Shown here in pieces: positions 28,970-45,159 of a DNA stretch of 64,000 nt (position 1 is its first letter; every line of letters begins with the position of its first letter). The position numbers were made by a program, and so were the translations under genes. The stretch lies in the NCBI GenBank assembly GCA_964016885.1, contig OZ024741.1, positions 265,794,001 through 265,858,000 of the forward strand, given 5' to 3'. This DNA comes from Eledone cirrhosa. Lineage: Eukaryota. Under the pieces are notes generated by a model, which had not been told where the DNA came from, searched no databases, and saw only the letters and a list, made by a program, of their open reading frames with translations.

Positions 28970-29270
28970 TAGTATTAGTTATACTATTTATGGTTATGCA
29001 AATACAAAACCTTAAGCAGTTATAAGTATTTTACACACACCCTAAATAGTGGTAGGCAGTAATGTATTACTACCTTATTACCAGTAAGTTAAGTAGCTCA
29101 ATGTAAAAACATCAGATGATTTACAGAGCAGTTATATGAAATATAAGAATCAAAGAACTGTTCAAAACATTATTGTGCTTACAGCTGTTTCCTCCAAACC
29201 GAGGTTTGGATTCTTCGGAGCAATTTATTAATGCATGGACAGTTATATGACCTCCTTTTCAGCCGAGGGA
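28970..29270 (-). mobile_element. PLE pLTR remnant with CCGAAGA hammerhead (29176-29222)
   Basis: tgct-CCGAAGA-a-tccaaacc[tc]ggtttgga-g-GAAA-cagctg-TA-agca. The tail matches 17460-17620. Confidence 0.75.
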
Positions 29271-29329
29271 CATACCGATACATATTCAAACATTGATACA
29301 TATTCAAACATTGTGGGTCAACATTCATT

Positions 29330-30650
29330 ACAGAATTTAGAGTGGCAGTACACACTTCGAGATTACATTTATATTAATAGGTACAATCAAAAATCAAAAA
29401 TACAGGTTAAAATGCAACATGAAGATAAGCGGTTATATAATGCAAATGTTATATGTGTGGCACGCATGTGCGTCTTGTTTATATAGTGTGGCGGAGAGAT
29501 ATGTGTGGTAGAGGCACTTAGGTAGGTGAACAAGAGTGTTAGGTTGGTAGATCTGGTGGCAAATTTTTTATATGATTGATATAGTCTGTGTGTGGAGAAA
29601 TATTATAAGCATTAAAAATAGTGCAAGCATTAAAAGTGTTAAAATTATTGGAGATGCACAGCGCAGGGATGTCAAGTATTTCATGTACTTCGGCATTTTC
29701 ATGGTTAGGGGAGTGTATTTTTCGATAATATGCCCTTCACATAATCCACGACAATCCAGTTAGAGATCGTAGTCTGGTGTACTTTAGTTCAATACAGGAG
29801 GCTGTTACGTTTCGAGAAACGCCATTGAATACCGCCCGGAAGTGTGTGTGTGGCTAAGGGGAGTTAATGCAGGCGGGGAGGTAACTCTGGGGTTTCTATA
29901 CCTAGCTAATAAAATGTGTCCCAATATAGACCCTAATTTCTATGGTGATGCGCATCCTCCAAGAGAAATATTTATAGCATAAAGTGTATTAACTATAGAG
30001 TAGTTTAATTAAGTTATGCTGAAGGTGATCATATTATTATGGTGGATTAACCCATCGTAGGGTGCCACAAATGGAAATTATAGATGATGAGCGAGGATTC
30101 TAAATTAATGATCTCTGTGGTTGTAGTCTACTCATAGGACCCGGCGCGGTGATTGCAGGATTGTTTCAGGACCCAATGATCTCTGGTAAGATCTGGGTCA
30201 TCGCTTGCTACATTGGATGTCGAAAGATAATCATCCCCAGGCCGGCCAGAGGTCAATTCGCAGTCCTCGCGACCCCTCTCTGACCGTCAGATCATCCATA
30301 TACATACAACCCGCACGGCAGTTGCAATGGATTCACTCACTGCGCTCAGCAGCCCAGTCCTACTGGTCAACAGCGTTACCAGATTAAATCATTTTTCATC
30401 TGTCTAAGGAAGGTGTTTCCTCTGCACAACACTATCCAACCGATCAATTCATGCTCAAATTACCCTTAGAGTGGTGTAGTGTCGTTCAAGTGGGTGGATG
30501 TTGTCACACCTGACGTAGAGGTATAAATGGGTATTCTCCCTGTGAAGGGTTCCAGAGGGATGTCGTTGTTTGTGTTATAGTAGATCAGTTAGTGTTGGGT
30601 ATGTAGTATAAGGTGTGTCTTTGGTGTTTGGTGCTAGATGTGGTGCTTGA
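29330..30650 (-). pseudogene. Possible highly decayed LINE (APE endonuclease region)
   Basis: Weak echoes of LQETHL (DSVLQRKHL) and GDFN.HHP.WG (IIYNFHLWHPT) on the minus strand. No long ORF. Confidence 0.25.
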
Positions 30651-31070
30651 TTCTTATATTTCATATATTTCATATATTTCATATATATATATATATAAAT
30701 TCAGCGAGAATCGCATTTCGGAAGGTAGAAAAAGCGAAACGTAACGCAAATTCCGAGTCATGCTGGCAAGTGTTCCATAGGCTAAAAGACTAGAGCAATA
30801 AACATAGGTTATAAAGGCCATACAAACTGAGAAGGCGGTCAAGAAGCTAAAGACCACCTAAGCCAAAAAACAAGTCAAGCTAAACAGGTGAGACAAAATA
30901 AATGACATAATCATATATATATATACATATACATAGATATATAACAAACGTGGACCCTTGGAATTGATGGTAAAATCCAGTACAGGGTTTCTGTGACACC
31001 TAAATCAATAATACTTTCTGCTTAAAACAATAAGCTTTTGGTATAATGATCGAACAAGGAATATCAACAA

Positions 31071-31175
<105 letters not shown>

Positions 31176-31179
31176 GTTT

Positions 31180-31265
31180 CTACAGGATTAGAACTGTTTC
31201 ATTCGTAGGAAATCATCAGGTATTCTTGATGATTTCATACGAATAAAACAGTTCTAATCCTGTAG
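31180..31265. repeat. Inverted pair of hammerhead-like motifs
   Basis: Minus strand CTGATGA-t-ttc[ctac]gaa-t-GAAA-cagttcta with a decayed mirror on the plus strand. The family also occurs at 21425-21490, 52807-52873 and 57655-57725. Confidence 0.6.
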
Positions 31266-31382
31266 TGTAGAAGTCATTTCTATGTTAAATAATGATGCTT
31301 ACACTTTTCTTTTGTATTGAGTACCCTTTTTTAACTAAGTTTACCCCGCCCCCCGATTTTTCTCGGGATCTACGCACACACG

Positions 31383-31418
<36 letters not shown>

Positions 31419-31567
31419 TGTATGTATGTATGTATGTATGTATGTATGTATGTATGTATGTATGTATTCATGAATGTATGTAAATATATATATATGTATA
31501 TATAGTGGTAGTACACTAGAAGGTAATATCCGTAGTGGTGGAGCACTCAGTCCAAGGACGAGTTAGG

Positions 31568-31704
31568 TAGAAGTGGTTACACAACAGTTAGTTTACCATA
31601 CCGAGAACAATTGTTTCACCTTAGCTGATCCTCAGCTCGAGGATCCGGTAAGGTGAAACAATTGTTCTCGGTATGGTAAACTAACTGTTGTGTAACCACT
31701 TCTA
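31568..31704. repeat. Palindrome (56-bp arms) centred on a hammerhead core
   Basis: Arms 31568-31623 and 31649-31704. Minus strand reads cgag-CTGAGGA-tcagctaaggt-GAAA-caattg-TT-ctcg. Confidence 0.8.
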
Positions 31705-31710
31705 TTTATG

Positions 31711-31866
<156 letters not shown>

Positions 31867-31927
31867 TATATACTCTTTTACCTGTTTCAGCCATCCGGCT
31901 GAGGCCATGCTGGGGCACCGCCCTTGA

Positions 31928-32013
<86 letters not shown>

Positions 32014-32031
32014 GTATATATATATATGTAC

Positions 32032-32127
<96 letters not shown>

Positions 32128-32131
32128 TATG

Positions 32132-32169
<38 letters not shown>

Positions 32170-32194
32170 ATGTATATATATATATATGTACATA

Positions 32195-32254
<60 letters not shown>

Positions 32255-32346
32255 GCATATATATAAATATACATGTACATTTTTCTCGGGATCTACACAC
32301 TCACGTATATATATGTGTATGTATGTATGTATGCATGAATGTATGA

Positions 32347-32440
<94 letters not shown>

Positions 32441-32443
32441 ATG

Positions 32444-32477
<34 letters not shown>

Positions 32478-32478
32478 G

Positions 32479-32511
<33 letters not shown>

Positions 32512-32676
32512 ACGGACGTTGTGATTGGCGTTCATATTTTCCGCCATATATCTCAAGCAATTTGATCAATGTCGTTTATATTACAACCTCATCTTCGACC
32601 TCATCCTTCGTCTTCGCCAGACACTGAGACGACAGCTTACAAGGTAATATTGAAACGATGTCACACAATAGAAACG

Positions 32677-32720
<44 letters not shown>

Positions 32721-32739
32721 GTTATCATCATCTTTATCG

Positions 32740-32781
<42 letters not shown>

Positions 32782-33605
32782 TCTTCATCATCATCATCGT
32801 CGTCATCATCATCAGCGTCGTCATCATCAGCATCATCATCGTCGTCATCATCATCTCCATCGTCACCATCGTCGTCATCATCGTCATCGTCACCATCGTC
32901 GTCATCATCGTCATCATCGTCACCACCATCGTCACCATCATCACCATCGTCATCACCACCGTCATCGTTATCATCACCATTACCATCATAATCATCATCA
33001 CTATCATCATCAACAACAACAACAACAATGACGACGACGATGACAACAACAATCACTCTGTTACAAAACTATATATATAAACAGCAGCAGCAGCAGCAGC
33101 ATAACCACAACAACAACAACCACACTGTCACCAAATATATTTATATATAATATATATTAAACATCAACAACAACAACAACAACAACAGTAGCAGTAATAA
33201 CAACAAGAAACAACAATAAGCAGAACAACAGCAACACCACAACAACAATAACTGGAACAATAGCAACTACAACCACCACCACAACAACAACAACCAACAA
33301 CAACCACAACAACAACAACCAACAACAACCACAACAACAAAAACAACAACCACAACCACAACAACAACAACAACCACAACAACCACAACCACCACCACCA
33401 CAACAACAACAACAACCACCACAACAACAACAACAACCACACCAACCACAACAACCACAACAACAGCCACAACCACAACAACAGCCACAACCACAACAAC
33501 AACAACCACCACAGCAACAACCACAACAACCACAACAACCACAACAACAGCCACAACCACAACCCCAACAACAACAACAACAACCACAACAACAACAACA
33601 ACCCC

Positions 33606-33646
<41 letters not shown>

Positions 33647-34750
33647 CCACAACAACAGCCACAACCACAACAACAGCCACAACCACCAGAACAACAACAC
33701 CAACCACACTGTGAAAATATATCTAAACGACAGCAATAGATCAATAGCTGGAGTCAGTCTATAGTGGCAGAGGTACAGCAATGTCCATATTTTGAAGAAT
33801 TATCATAAATTGGGGAATAAAAATATTTATTTATTCAACGTATAATAATCCTTCTTTTCTTTGTTTGACTGTTGTTGTTGGTGATGGTGTTGTTATTGGT
33901 GTTGGTGGTAGTGTTGGTGGTGTTGGTGGTGGTGTTGGTGGTGGTGTTGGTGGTGTTGGTGTGGGTGTTGGTGGTGGTGTTGTTGTTGGTGTTGTTGTTG
34001 GTGTTGGTGTTGTTATTGGTGTTGGTGGTAGTGTTGGTGGTGGTGTTGGTGGTGTTGGTGTGGGTGGTGGTGGTGGTGTTGGTGGTGTTGGTGGTGGTGT
34101 TGTTGTTGGTGTTGGTGGTGGTGTTGTTGTTGTTGGTGTTGGTGGTGGTGTTGGTGGTGTTGGTGGTGGTGTTGTTGGTGTTGGAGGTGGTGTTGGTGGT
34201 GGTGTTGTTGTTGGTGTTGGTGGTGGTGTTGTTGTTGGTGTTGGAGGTGGTGTTGGTGGTGGTGTTGTTGTTGGTGTTGGTGGTGTTGTTGTTGTTGGTG
34301 TTGGTGGTGGTGGTGTTGGTGGTGGTGGTTGTGTTGGTGGTGGTGTTGGTGGTGGTGTTGTCGGTGTTGGTGTTGTTGGTGATGGAGGTGGTATTCGTGC
34401 TTTTGTTGGTGGTGTTGTTGTTGGTGTTGGTGGAGGTGGTGTTGGTGTTGGTGGTGTTGTCGGTGTTGGTGTTGGTGATGGTGTTGGTGTAGGTGGTGGT
34501 GGTATTAGTGGTGGTGGTATTGTTGCTGATGTTGTTGTTATTGTTGTTATTGACGAAGCTGTTGTTAGTAGTGTTGGTGGTGTTGCTGTTGTTATTTTTT
34601 ATTGCTGTTGTTGTTGTTGATAGTTTTGTTCTTGTTGTTGTTGGTGCTATTGTTAGTGTCATTGCTGTTGTTGTGCCTGTTGTTGTTTCTACTGCTACTG
34701 TTGTTGTTGTTACTGTTGATGTGGATGCTGTTGCTGTTGCTGTCGTTCTG
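32677..34750. repeat. Compound (CAT)n, (AAC/ACC)n and (GGT/GTT)n tracts
   Basis: Direct inspection. Confidence 0.9.
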
Positions 34751-34784
34751 GCTGTAAGCAGTTTCACGGAATATGAGATAGTAT

Positions 34785-35653
34785 GAAGCAGGACATCTGT
34801 TAGACCAGTGTATACGACAGGTGTGTGGGTATAAAGCAGGACATCTGTTAGACCAGTGTATACGACAGATATGTAGGTATGAAGTAGGACATCTGTTAGA
34901 CCAGTGTATACGACAGATATGTAGGTATAAAGCAGGACATCTGTTAGACCAGAGTAAACGACAGATATGTAGGTATGAAGTAGGACATCTGTTAGACCAG
35001 TGTAAACGACAGATATGTAGGTATAAAGCAGGACATCTGTTATACCAGTGTATACGACAGGTGTGTGGGGATAAAGCAGGGCATCTGTTAGACCAGTGTA
35101 TATGACAGATATGTAGGTATAAAGCAGGACATCTGTTATACCAGTGTATACGACAGGTATGTGGGTATAAAGCAGGGCATCTGTTAGACCAGTGTATATG
35201 ACAGGTGTGTGATAGATGTGTGGGTAAGAAGCAGGGCATCTGTGTATATGACAGATGTGTGGGTAAGAAGCAGGACATCTGTTAGACCAGTGCATATGAC
35301 AGGTATGTGGGTATAAAGCGGGACACCTGTTAGACCATTGTATATGTCAGGTGTGTGGGGATAACGCAGGACATCTGTTAGACCAGTGTATATGACAGAT
35401 GTGTGTGTATAAAGTAGGGCACCTGTTAGACCAGTGTATATGACAGATGTGTGGGTATAAAGCAGGACATCTGTTAGACCAGTGTATATGACAGATGTGT
35501 GGTCAAGAAGCTGGACACCTGTTAGACAAGTGTATATAACAGGTGTGTGGGGATAAAGTAGGGCACCTGTTAGACCAGTGTATATGACAGATGTGTGGTC
35601 AAGAATCAGGACACCTGTTAGACCAGTGTATATGACAGATGTGTGGGTAAGAA
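34785..35653. repeat. 48-bp minisatellite, ~18 copies
   Basis: ggacatctgttagaccagtgtatacgacaggtgtgtgggtataaagca. The 16-aa periodicity in the ORF track confirms the unit length. Confidence 0.95.
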
Positions 35654-36688
35654 GTCGACTGTGTAATCTCAGTCTCTACCCAGTTCGGCACCAACGATGA
35701 GGGTTACTGTCAATCATTTATTTATTTTAAAATAGCTTTGAACAACAACAACAACAAAAACAAAAAGTACTCTTCCTTAACGAATAAAAAAAAAGGGTCG
35801 TTCTCCATTCTCCGCCGTATTGTAAGAGTAACGAAGGACCTCATGAAGCCTAAAGACGCGTAGTTTGATGGTTAGGGTGTAATCCTCACGGTCGTGTGAC
35901 TCCAGAACCGAGAGACACGTTGTGATCTTGAGCAAAGATACTACATTTCACGCTACTTTTCGTGATATGACAGCCTCCCCAGTCATTAAATCATCTTAGG
36001 AATCTCCTAATAAATGCAACCTCGTAGGAGGCCAGCTAAACCTACATAGATGTGAGCTGTAAAAGTAACATCTTAAAATACTTTAAGCGGGTGCAGCAAT
36101 TAAAATATATATCACGTAAAACATAAGTAAGGTTAGATTCCAAAGGTACGTTTGGTGCCACAGCGGGAAAAAAATGTAGGTGGTATGCTGTAAATCAAGC
36201 GATGATCCACCTATCCCTTTTATGATGGTCGAGGTTTGTAGTAGAAATAAGTTTTCGATGAATTATGTTTATTTAGGCTATTGATTTTAGGGAATAGGAT
36301 AGCTACATATTTCATCGTGCATAAATTGCATGGTTTCTTGTTACATGTAAACGATTTAAATCTCCGAGAGCCAAACAAATTTTTAATTCAATTATTATTG
36401 ATTCAATTATAAAGTATTTCTACGCATAGCACAGATACTGTTCAAACAGAATAACATAAAATGATCTGCTCCACTACACTAAATTTTGTACAAACTCTAA
36501 TTCTACTATATACAAGTTTAACTATACTAACCACAGTAACTACAACCCTAACATCAGTTCTAGTAATAATTGTAAAAAAAAAAATAACACTTCTTCCCTA
36601 AACAATAAGTGCATAAAAAGTGTAAATCGCTTTATATCGGTGTGATATAAAGTGGTGTGTACGACAGACGTGTGCAGCATGTAGTGCA

Positions 36689-36730
<42 letters not shown>

Positions 36731-36859
36731 GAGGTATCAACTGTAAGTTGTGGGGTCTATTCTGTATGAAGAACTCAATGTAATCCATATGTTGAAAATG
36801 TTGTAGGTTAAGATAAATCTCAGAAAACAATAAAACATTAAAAGGAAAACAGAGTCATG

Positions 36860-37172
36860 ATATAAGTTAAAACAATGAAATAAAAAATCAAGTCATTAGA
36901 GATATACTTCACTGCTTTACGATCGTTTCTAGATGGTGATAATACATTGTATCTATACTCAGTTATTGATCTATGTAAGTTTACAAGCCAGCTGTTTTGA
37001 AAACAGCTGATGATATGCATGTAAGTAAATATTCTCTCTATCTGATAGTTTGTAAACTTACATAGATCAATAACTGAGTATAGATACAATGTATTATCAC
37101 CATCTAGAAACGTAAAGCAGTGAAGTATATCTCTAATGACTTGATTTTTTATTTCATTGTTTTAACTTATAT
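36860..37172. repeat. Inverted repeat (~125-bp arms) carrying HHR 3' half
   Basis: Arms 36860-36986 and 37050-37172. GAAA-cgatcg-TA (-) versus GAAA-cg-TA (+). Confidence 0.8.
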
Positions 37173-37180
37173 ATATATAC

Positions 37181-38243
<1,063 letters not shown>

Positions 38244-38479
38244 TACACGTTTAACAACATCCGAGATAGAATTTAATCTGTTTTATTAGTTATTTTGTAT
38301 TTCCTTAATTCATAAAATAAAATCCATCACAGTCATGTCTTTAATATATAATGCGCACATACACACGTGTATATGTATATGATACATTTCGTAAATCTGA
38401 TTTGTATATATGTATATATATATATTTTTGCGTATATATTTGTATAAACGTCTTTCTTTCTCTCTCTCAATATATATAT

Positions 38480-38569
<90 letters not shown>

Positions 38570-38570
38570 C

Positions 38571-38648
<78 letters not shown>

Positions 38649-39103
38649 TATATAATTATATATATATATATATAAGCATATTGCTTTCTTAAATCACCGC
38701 ATTACGCCTCTTTTTAAAAATTGCCTTCATCCCGTCACCCATCACCGCTGAACGAACTTCAAACCACAAGCTAGGTAACTCCTCTCCACTCCGACACTTT
38801 TACGCCATTGTATACTTGCTGTTCCATACATACGCCCAGCCGATCCATTATACCTCCCATTCTATCCCATCCCAGTCCATTCCATTCCATTCCATTCCAT
38901 TCCAACTCTTCCATTCCTTCCTTTTCCTAACAACAATTTAATCTCGGACTCAATCTAAAAGCCATCACAAACGTCCATCTCGTCCGACCGGCAGAGATAA
39001 TTACTCCGTCACATGATATGCTAATGAACGCTCATGAATAAAAGACGATCGTCTGCTCAATGAATCTATCTATGACATTCGACGTTGACGACGTGATTTC
39101 TTT

Positions 39104-39179
<76 letters not shown>

Positions 39180-39358
39180 TATTTATTTATTTATTTATTG
39201 ACTTCAATCTCTGTCTTTTGTTTCCTTTTTTCTTACTTTGTTTTGACGGTGATAAGTTTCGATATCCTCGCTGTTGTTTTGGGAAAAGAAAGAAAAAAAA
39301 TTTGGCTTTCGCCGGACACGCTGAACAATCCAGAGAAAGCGTGTGAATACCTGTGCCC

Positions 39359-39401
<43 letters not shown>

Positions 39402-39503
39402 GGGGGGGGGAGAAAGAGGGAAAGAGAACGAACGAATAGGAGAGAGATACCCACAATCACAATCAACCACACACACACACACACTCACTTTGTCTCTCTC
39501 CAT

Positions 39504-39790
39504 GTGAAGGCGTGTGGCTGAGTGGTTAAGTGAGTTGCATTGGCCATCATGAAATTGTGAGTTCGATTCACTCAGCTCACTCGGCTGGAAAAAAATGAGT
39601 TGTGACGTCACTGGTGTCAAGTTGTATCAGTCATTGCCTTTCCCTTGGACACCATCGGTGGTGTGGAGAGGGGAGACTGGTATGTATAGGCGACTGCTGG
39701 TCTTCCACAAAAACACCTTTCCTGGGCTTGTACCTCTGAGGGGAACTTTCTGGTCATTCATCAGGACTGAAAGGGGTTCTTTACTTTTTA
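39504..39790 (+). mobile_element. SINE family B (internally deleted)
   Basis: Matches 8411-8737. Confidence 0.8.
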
Positions 39791-39933
39791 CTTTTGTATA
39801 CATACATACTTACATACATACATACATACTTACATGCATACATACATACATACATACTTACATGCATACATACATACTTACATGCATACATACATACATA
39901 CATACTTACATGCATACATACATACATACATAC

Positions 39934-39964
<31 letters not shown>

Positions 39965-39969
39965 CATAC

Positions 39970-40000
<31 letters not shown>

Positions 40001-40129
40001 CATACATACATACATACGTACGTACGTACATACATACATACATACATACATACATACATACATACTCACATACATACATACATACATACATACATACATA
40101 CATACTTACATACATACATACATACATAC

Positions 40130-40160
<31 letters not shown>

Positions 40161-40242
40161 CATACATACATACATACATACATACATACATACATACATA
40201 CATACATACTTACATACATACATACTTACATACATACATACA

Positions 40243-41287
40243 TGGTGGCTGCCAACTCGTTTTCGAGTACGACCACTACATTATATCCATGTAGGAGAAC
40301 CCCTACCGATGCAATGAACGAGTGTGACTTTTTAGTCCAGCCAGCGACTTGAAAACTCTGGTACAAACACTACACTTGTGACAATTATTGACACATAGTG
40401 CTGGGCCCATGGTACCATGTGACGACAAGTGCAGATAGATCTCCAGATATAAAGCAATGCCTGTGCCGTGAAGCTTTTATAGTGAGCAAAGGCACTGCAC
40501 AAAGCCAGTCCCACTCTCTTAACCATGATGATATTTACCAAAAAGAAGAACAAGTCAACATCATTGGATACCATCAGAGTTGCAGGTGTTATATCAGAGT
40601 TTTCCTTCTCCTAGAATTCTGCCTTGACAAAGGCTAAGGGGTCATCTCTCCCGGTGATTTTGGATGGCCATTGACTCTTAAGAGCTCGTTTGCCCTTTGA
40701 CAGGTTTTGTTTTTCGTCCTGCACGATGTCCAAAGTCACCCTCCTCACCAAGAAACCTTGGTGGGGTTGCCAGTTTAGTCGCCAACGACCCGACCATACA
40801 TACATACATACATACATACATACATACATACATACATACATACATACATACATACTTACATACATACATACATACATGCATACATACATACATACATACT
40901 TGGTGACTGCCAACTCGTTTTCGAGTACGGCCACTACTTTATATCCATGTAGGAGAACCCCTACCGATGCGCTGAACGAGTGTGACTTTTTAGTCCAGCC
41001 AGCGACTTGAAAACTCTGGTACAAACACTACACTTGTGACAATTACTGACACATAGTGCTGGGCCCATGGTACCATGTGACGACAAGTGCAGAGAGATCT
41101 CCAGATATAAAGCAATGCCTGTGCCGTGAAGCTTTTATAGTGAGCAAAGGCACTGCACAAAGCCAGTCCCACTCTCTTAACCAAGATGATATTTACCAAA
41201 AAGAAGAACAAGTCAACATCATTGGATACCATCAGGGTTGCAGGTGTTATATCAGAGTTTTCCTTCTCCTAGAATTCTGCCTTGACA
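40243..41287 (-). mobile_element. Two tandem non-autonomous RTE-like elements with (TATG)n tails
   Basis: Copies at 40243-40795 and (5'-truncated) 40899-41287. The minus strand has ctaggagaaggaaaactctga, recalled as an RTE 5'-region motif. No RT ORF. Confidence 0.55.
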
Positions 41288-41294
41288 TACATAC

Positions 41295-41325
<31 letters not shown>

Positions 41326-41647
41326 CTTACATACATACCTCCCTAATTCATAGTCTACAAATGGCTGCGATAGCTGGCACCTTCAAAATATGCAAAACAT
41401 TCTTGCGATTCAAGGGATGACAATTTCTTTTCTTTTACAACCTTGCCACCAGGAAGGTGGCCGGTCAAAAAAATATACTCGAAATTAAGAGAAAGAGAAA
41501 ACATACATACATACATACATACATACGTACATGCATACATACATACATACATACATACATACGTACATACATACGTACATACGTACATACATACGTACAT
41601 ACATACATACGTACATACATACATACATACATACATACATACATACA

Positions 41648-41680
<33 letters not shown>

Positions 41681-41827
41681 TACACCATGGGCACAGATAT
41701 TCAAACGCTTTCTCTGGATTGTTCAGCGTGTCCGACGAAAGCCAAGTTTTTTTTCTTTCTTTTCCCCAAACAACAACGAGTATATCGAAACTTATCACCG
41801 TCAAAACAAAGGAAGAAGAAAAGAGGA

Positions 41828-42385
41828 AGCACCAGATATTATGATATGGGACAGGGAAAAGAAGACCAGATATTATGATATGGGACAGGGAAAAGAAAGC
41901 ATGCACAGTAGTGGAAGTTAGCTGCCCAGCAGATGCCAATATAATATCAAAGATTATGCAGAACTGAGGATAAATCTACAGATACTCCACCCTGATTACA
42001 CCTTCAGATTTATGCCTGTGATTATTGGGGCACTGGGGTATGTTAGTAACTGCCTCAATACAAATCTTGAGAAGCTGGGCTTCACAGGAACAGAAAGAAC
42101 ACAACTAGTTAGGAAATTACAAGTACAATCCATTAATGGAACAGTAAAAATATGTAAAACATTCGAAAATTTTGCATCTAATAACTGCATATACACATGT
42201 ACAGATACAAAGCGTATACACATCCACACATACAATAACATCCATATCTACACATGCATGCATGCAGGCATGCATGCATAATCTACCTAATTGATGTTGT
42301 GTAAATTCCAATGAGAGAGTCTTGTGTCTACGTTAGAAACCGACTCTCTCTATTGGCAGAAATTTGTGAAATTATAAAACTAGAA
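41828..42385 (+). pseudogene. R4/Dong-like RLE 3' fragment ending in (CATA)n
   Basis: PDIMIWDREKKACTVVEVSCPAD...MPVIIGALGYV...GTVKICKTF. The 3' UTR ends ataaaactagaa-catacata. Confidence 0.85.
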
Positions 42386-42621
42386 CATACATATACATAC
42401 ATACATACATATTTGTAGTTGACCTGAAACTTTATGCCGAGATAATAAATGGTTGAAGAAAAACCTTGACCTGGTTACAACATTTTCGAAAAATATAGGA
42501 ATTTAGTTTGCTCAGGATAAATGTTCCTATATCTTAACTATAATAAAGTAAGAAGTGCGGGACTGCGTCCAGAATATATTTTTTTATCCCGTTTGTAAAA
42601 TAAGTTGGATTACTTTGAATA

Positions 42622-42813
42622 AATAATTGTTTCTACTTTTGGCACAAGGCCAGCAATTTCCCAGTGTATTACTGGTAATTTATTTTATCGACCCCCGTAA
42701 GGATGAAAGGCAAAGTTAACCTCGGCGGGATTTGAACTCAGAATGGCAAGGGCCGTATATCTATGCGTCAAAGCATGGCGTCCGACCCTCTACCGATACT
42801 GCCAATTCACCGC
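42622..42813 (-). mobile_element. SINE family A
   Basis: Matches the other copies. Confidence 0.85.
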
Positions 42814-43164
42814 TTACTTTGAATAAATAATGAATGAATATTACATAATTTATCTACTAAATTTCGGTATTCTTGATTAAATATAAATAATTTTGTTGCT
42901 AATTTTAAGATGCACTTCTTTAAAATTTTCAAATGTCAACACTTCCGGTTAACGATCGCTTAAATAAACATTCATATATTTCCGTCACTAATTTTCTCCT
43001 AATGCAGTTTATATATAATATCGTCTTTTTTTAATGTATCATGGATTACGTTACTGATTACATAAGATAGTGTAACGCAGTCTTCGTTCAATTTCTGTGT
43101 ATATTGTCAATTACGATTTTATTTGATGTATCATATCTACATGTATATATACCTGCGTATAATA

Positions 43165-43222
43165 TCAATATACACTACACAGGCCAGCAGAAACCCACCC
43201 GAAGGGTGGTTTTTCTGCTAGT
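43165..43222 (+). mobile_element. Helitron-like 3' terminus
   Basis: Hairpin agcagaaacccaccc[gaa]gggtggtttttctgct ending in CTAG-t. Confidence 0.45.
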
Positions 43223-43294
43223 GAATGTAAATTAAGGAAAAACAAGCCAATCTAGCAGCATCTCTATCAATGATCTGACTGTTTCACTGGTATT

Positions 43295-43965
43295 TGATAA
43301 GGACTGCTACATACAGATACTTAGGGAGAGATAAAAATATATCCTATGATGGAATTTGTAACATTCAATGAGTAACCAAGGAATATAACACCCCAATAAG
43401 AAAAATATGTCTTCTGAACTCTCAGCACACAATAAATCATTAGCCCATAATATGTTTACTGTGTCTGTCCTGATATCAACTTTTGGATTACTTGAACGGA
43501 CGCTAAATGTGATCCAAAACATTGATGATAAAACCTGTAAAGTTCTAACTGGCAGCACCGGACATTTCCCCATCAACAGTGACATAGACTGCCTCTAGCT
43601 GAAACTTAAACAGGGAGATAGAGGATTAACATTAATCCAAATAGCATTTGAGTGTCTCATCATATCCCTCTAACAACATCTACAAACCACCAAGCGTAGA
43701 AGACTATCTATAGAATAAATCTGTCTACATGAGACAAATAACATCATGAGGGTTGGGAAGGAGCTCCTTGAGAAATACTCCAAGCATGGTGACCAAACAC
43801 TCACACCAAACATGCAACCACATACAGACAAACATACGTATGAACCTAGTTGATTTTGTCTAAACCCCTACGAAAGAGTCTTGTGTCTAAGTTAGAAACC
43901 GTCTCTCTCTCTCTCTCTCTCTCTATTAGTGAAAATTTATAAAATAATAAAACCAGAAGAATATA
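43295..43965 (+). pseudogene. R4/Dong-like RT C-terminal fragment joined to the same 3' UTR family
   Basis: YRYLG...SELSAHNKSLAHNMF..FG..IDDKTCKVL..SDIDCL..GDRGL. The 3' UTR agagtcttgtgtcta.gttagaaacc is shared with 42316-42345. Confidence 0.8.
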
Positions 43966-44680
43966 CATACATGCATACGCACACACACACACACATACAT
44001 ATATACACACACATCCATCCATCCATCTATACATACACACACACACATACATATATACATACACATCCATCCATCTATACATACACACGTACACACACAC
44101 ACACACACACACACATACATACATACATACATACACAGATACACACACACACACACAAACATACATACGTACGTATTAGAAAATTTCCATTTATGAAATT
44201 CTACTCGTAAAGTATTGGTCAACTCTATATTAGAGAAAAGCTGAAGGTGCCGCGCAGTAGGGTCGAACTCGGGTGAAGATGGTTGTCAATCGAACTTCTT
44301 AACCGAACAGCCACGCTGAGAATCGGTCTGTTTACTGTTGATTTAATGAATAGCCGGTACATGTTAGCATACAAAGGCAATTACTTAGCTACCGAACTTA
44401 TCACAGTATCGATTGTCTATCGATTACCACTCCCCCACCCCCAACTACATATACCCCACTCTCCATCTTTAACACTCCTTATCGCAACATGTTACACATC
44501 TGAACAATTTCCGTAGACGGAGGAGCTTATAGGGTGGATAAGTTTTTTTCACTTCTGTTTCGAGTGTACGCATGCGTGTATGTATGAGTGTGCGCATATA
44601 TGTGCGTGTATATCTACCCATGTGGGGGTGTTATGTATATTCGCAACTATCTGAATATATACATACATGTATATAACAAT

Positions 44681-44757
<77 letters not shown>

Positions 44758-44960
44758 CAAAGGAATTGTGGTAACGAACCAGATGGACCATAACGTACCA
44801 GAGTACTCAATACTTAGGGTAGTAGAGTGGGGAAAAATATATAAATATATACATATATATACATACATACATACATATACATATACATGCATATGTACAT
44901 ACATATACATATATATGTATATATACATATACAATCATATATACATATGTACATACATAT

Positions 44961-45037
<77 letters not shown>

Positions 45038-45090
45038 CATATATATATGGGGGGCGGTGTATATCTGCCTATCTCTCTGTATGTATGCAT

Positions 45091-45159
<69 letters not shown>

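Noticed and set aside
40770-40795. HDV-like ribozyme at the 5' end of the RTE-like element (gtcg..cgac-taaa)
   Set aside because: Only a P4/J4-2-like piece is visible. P1-P3 could not be found.
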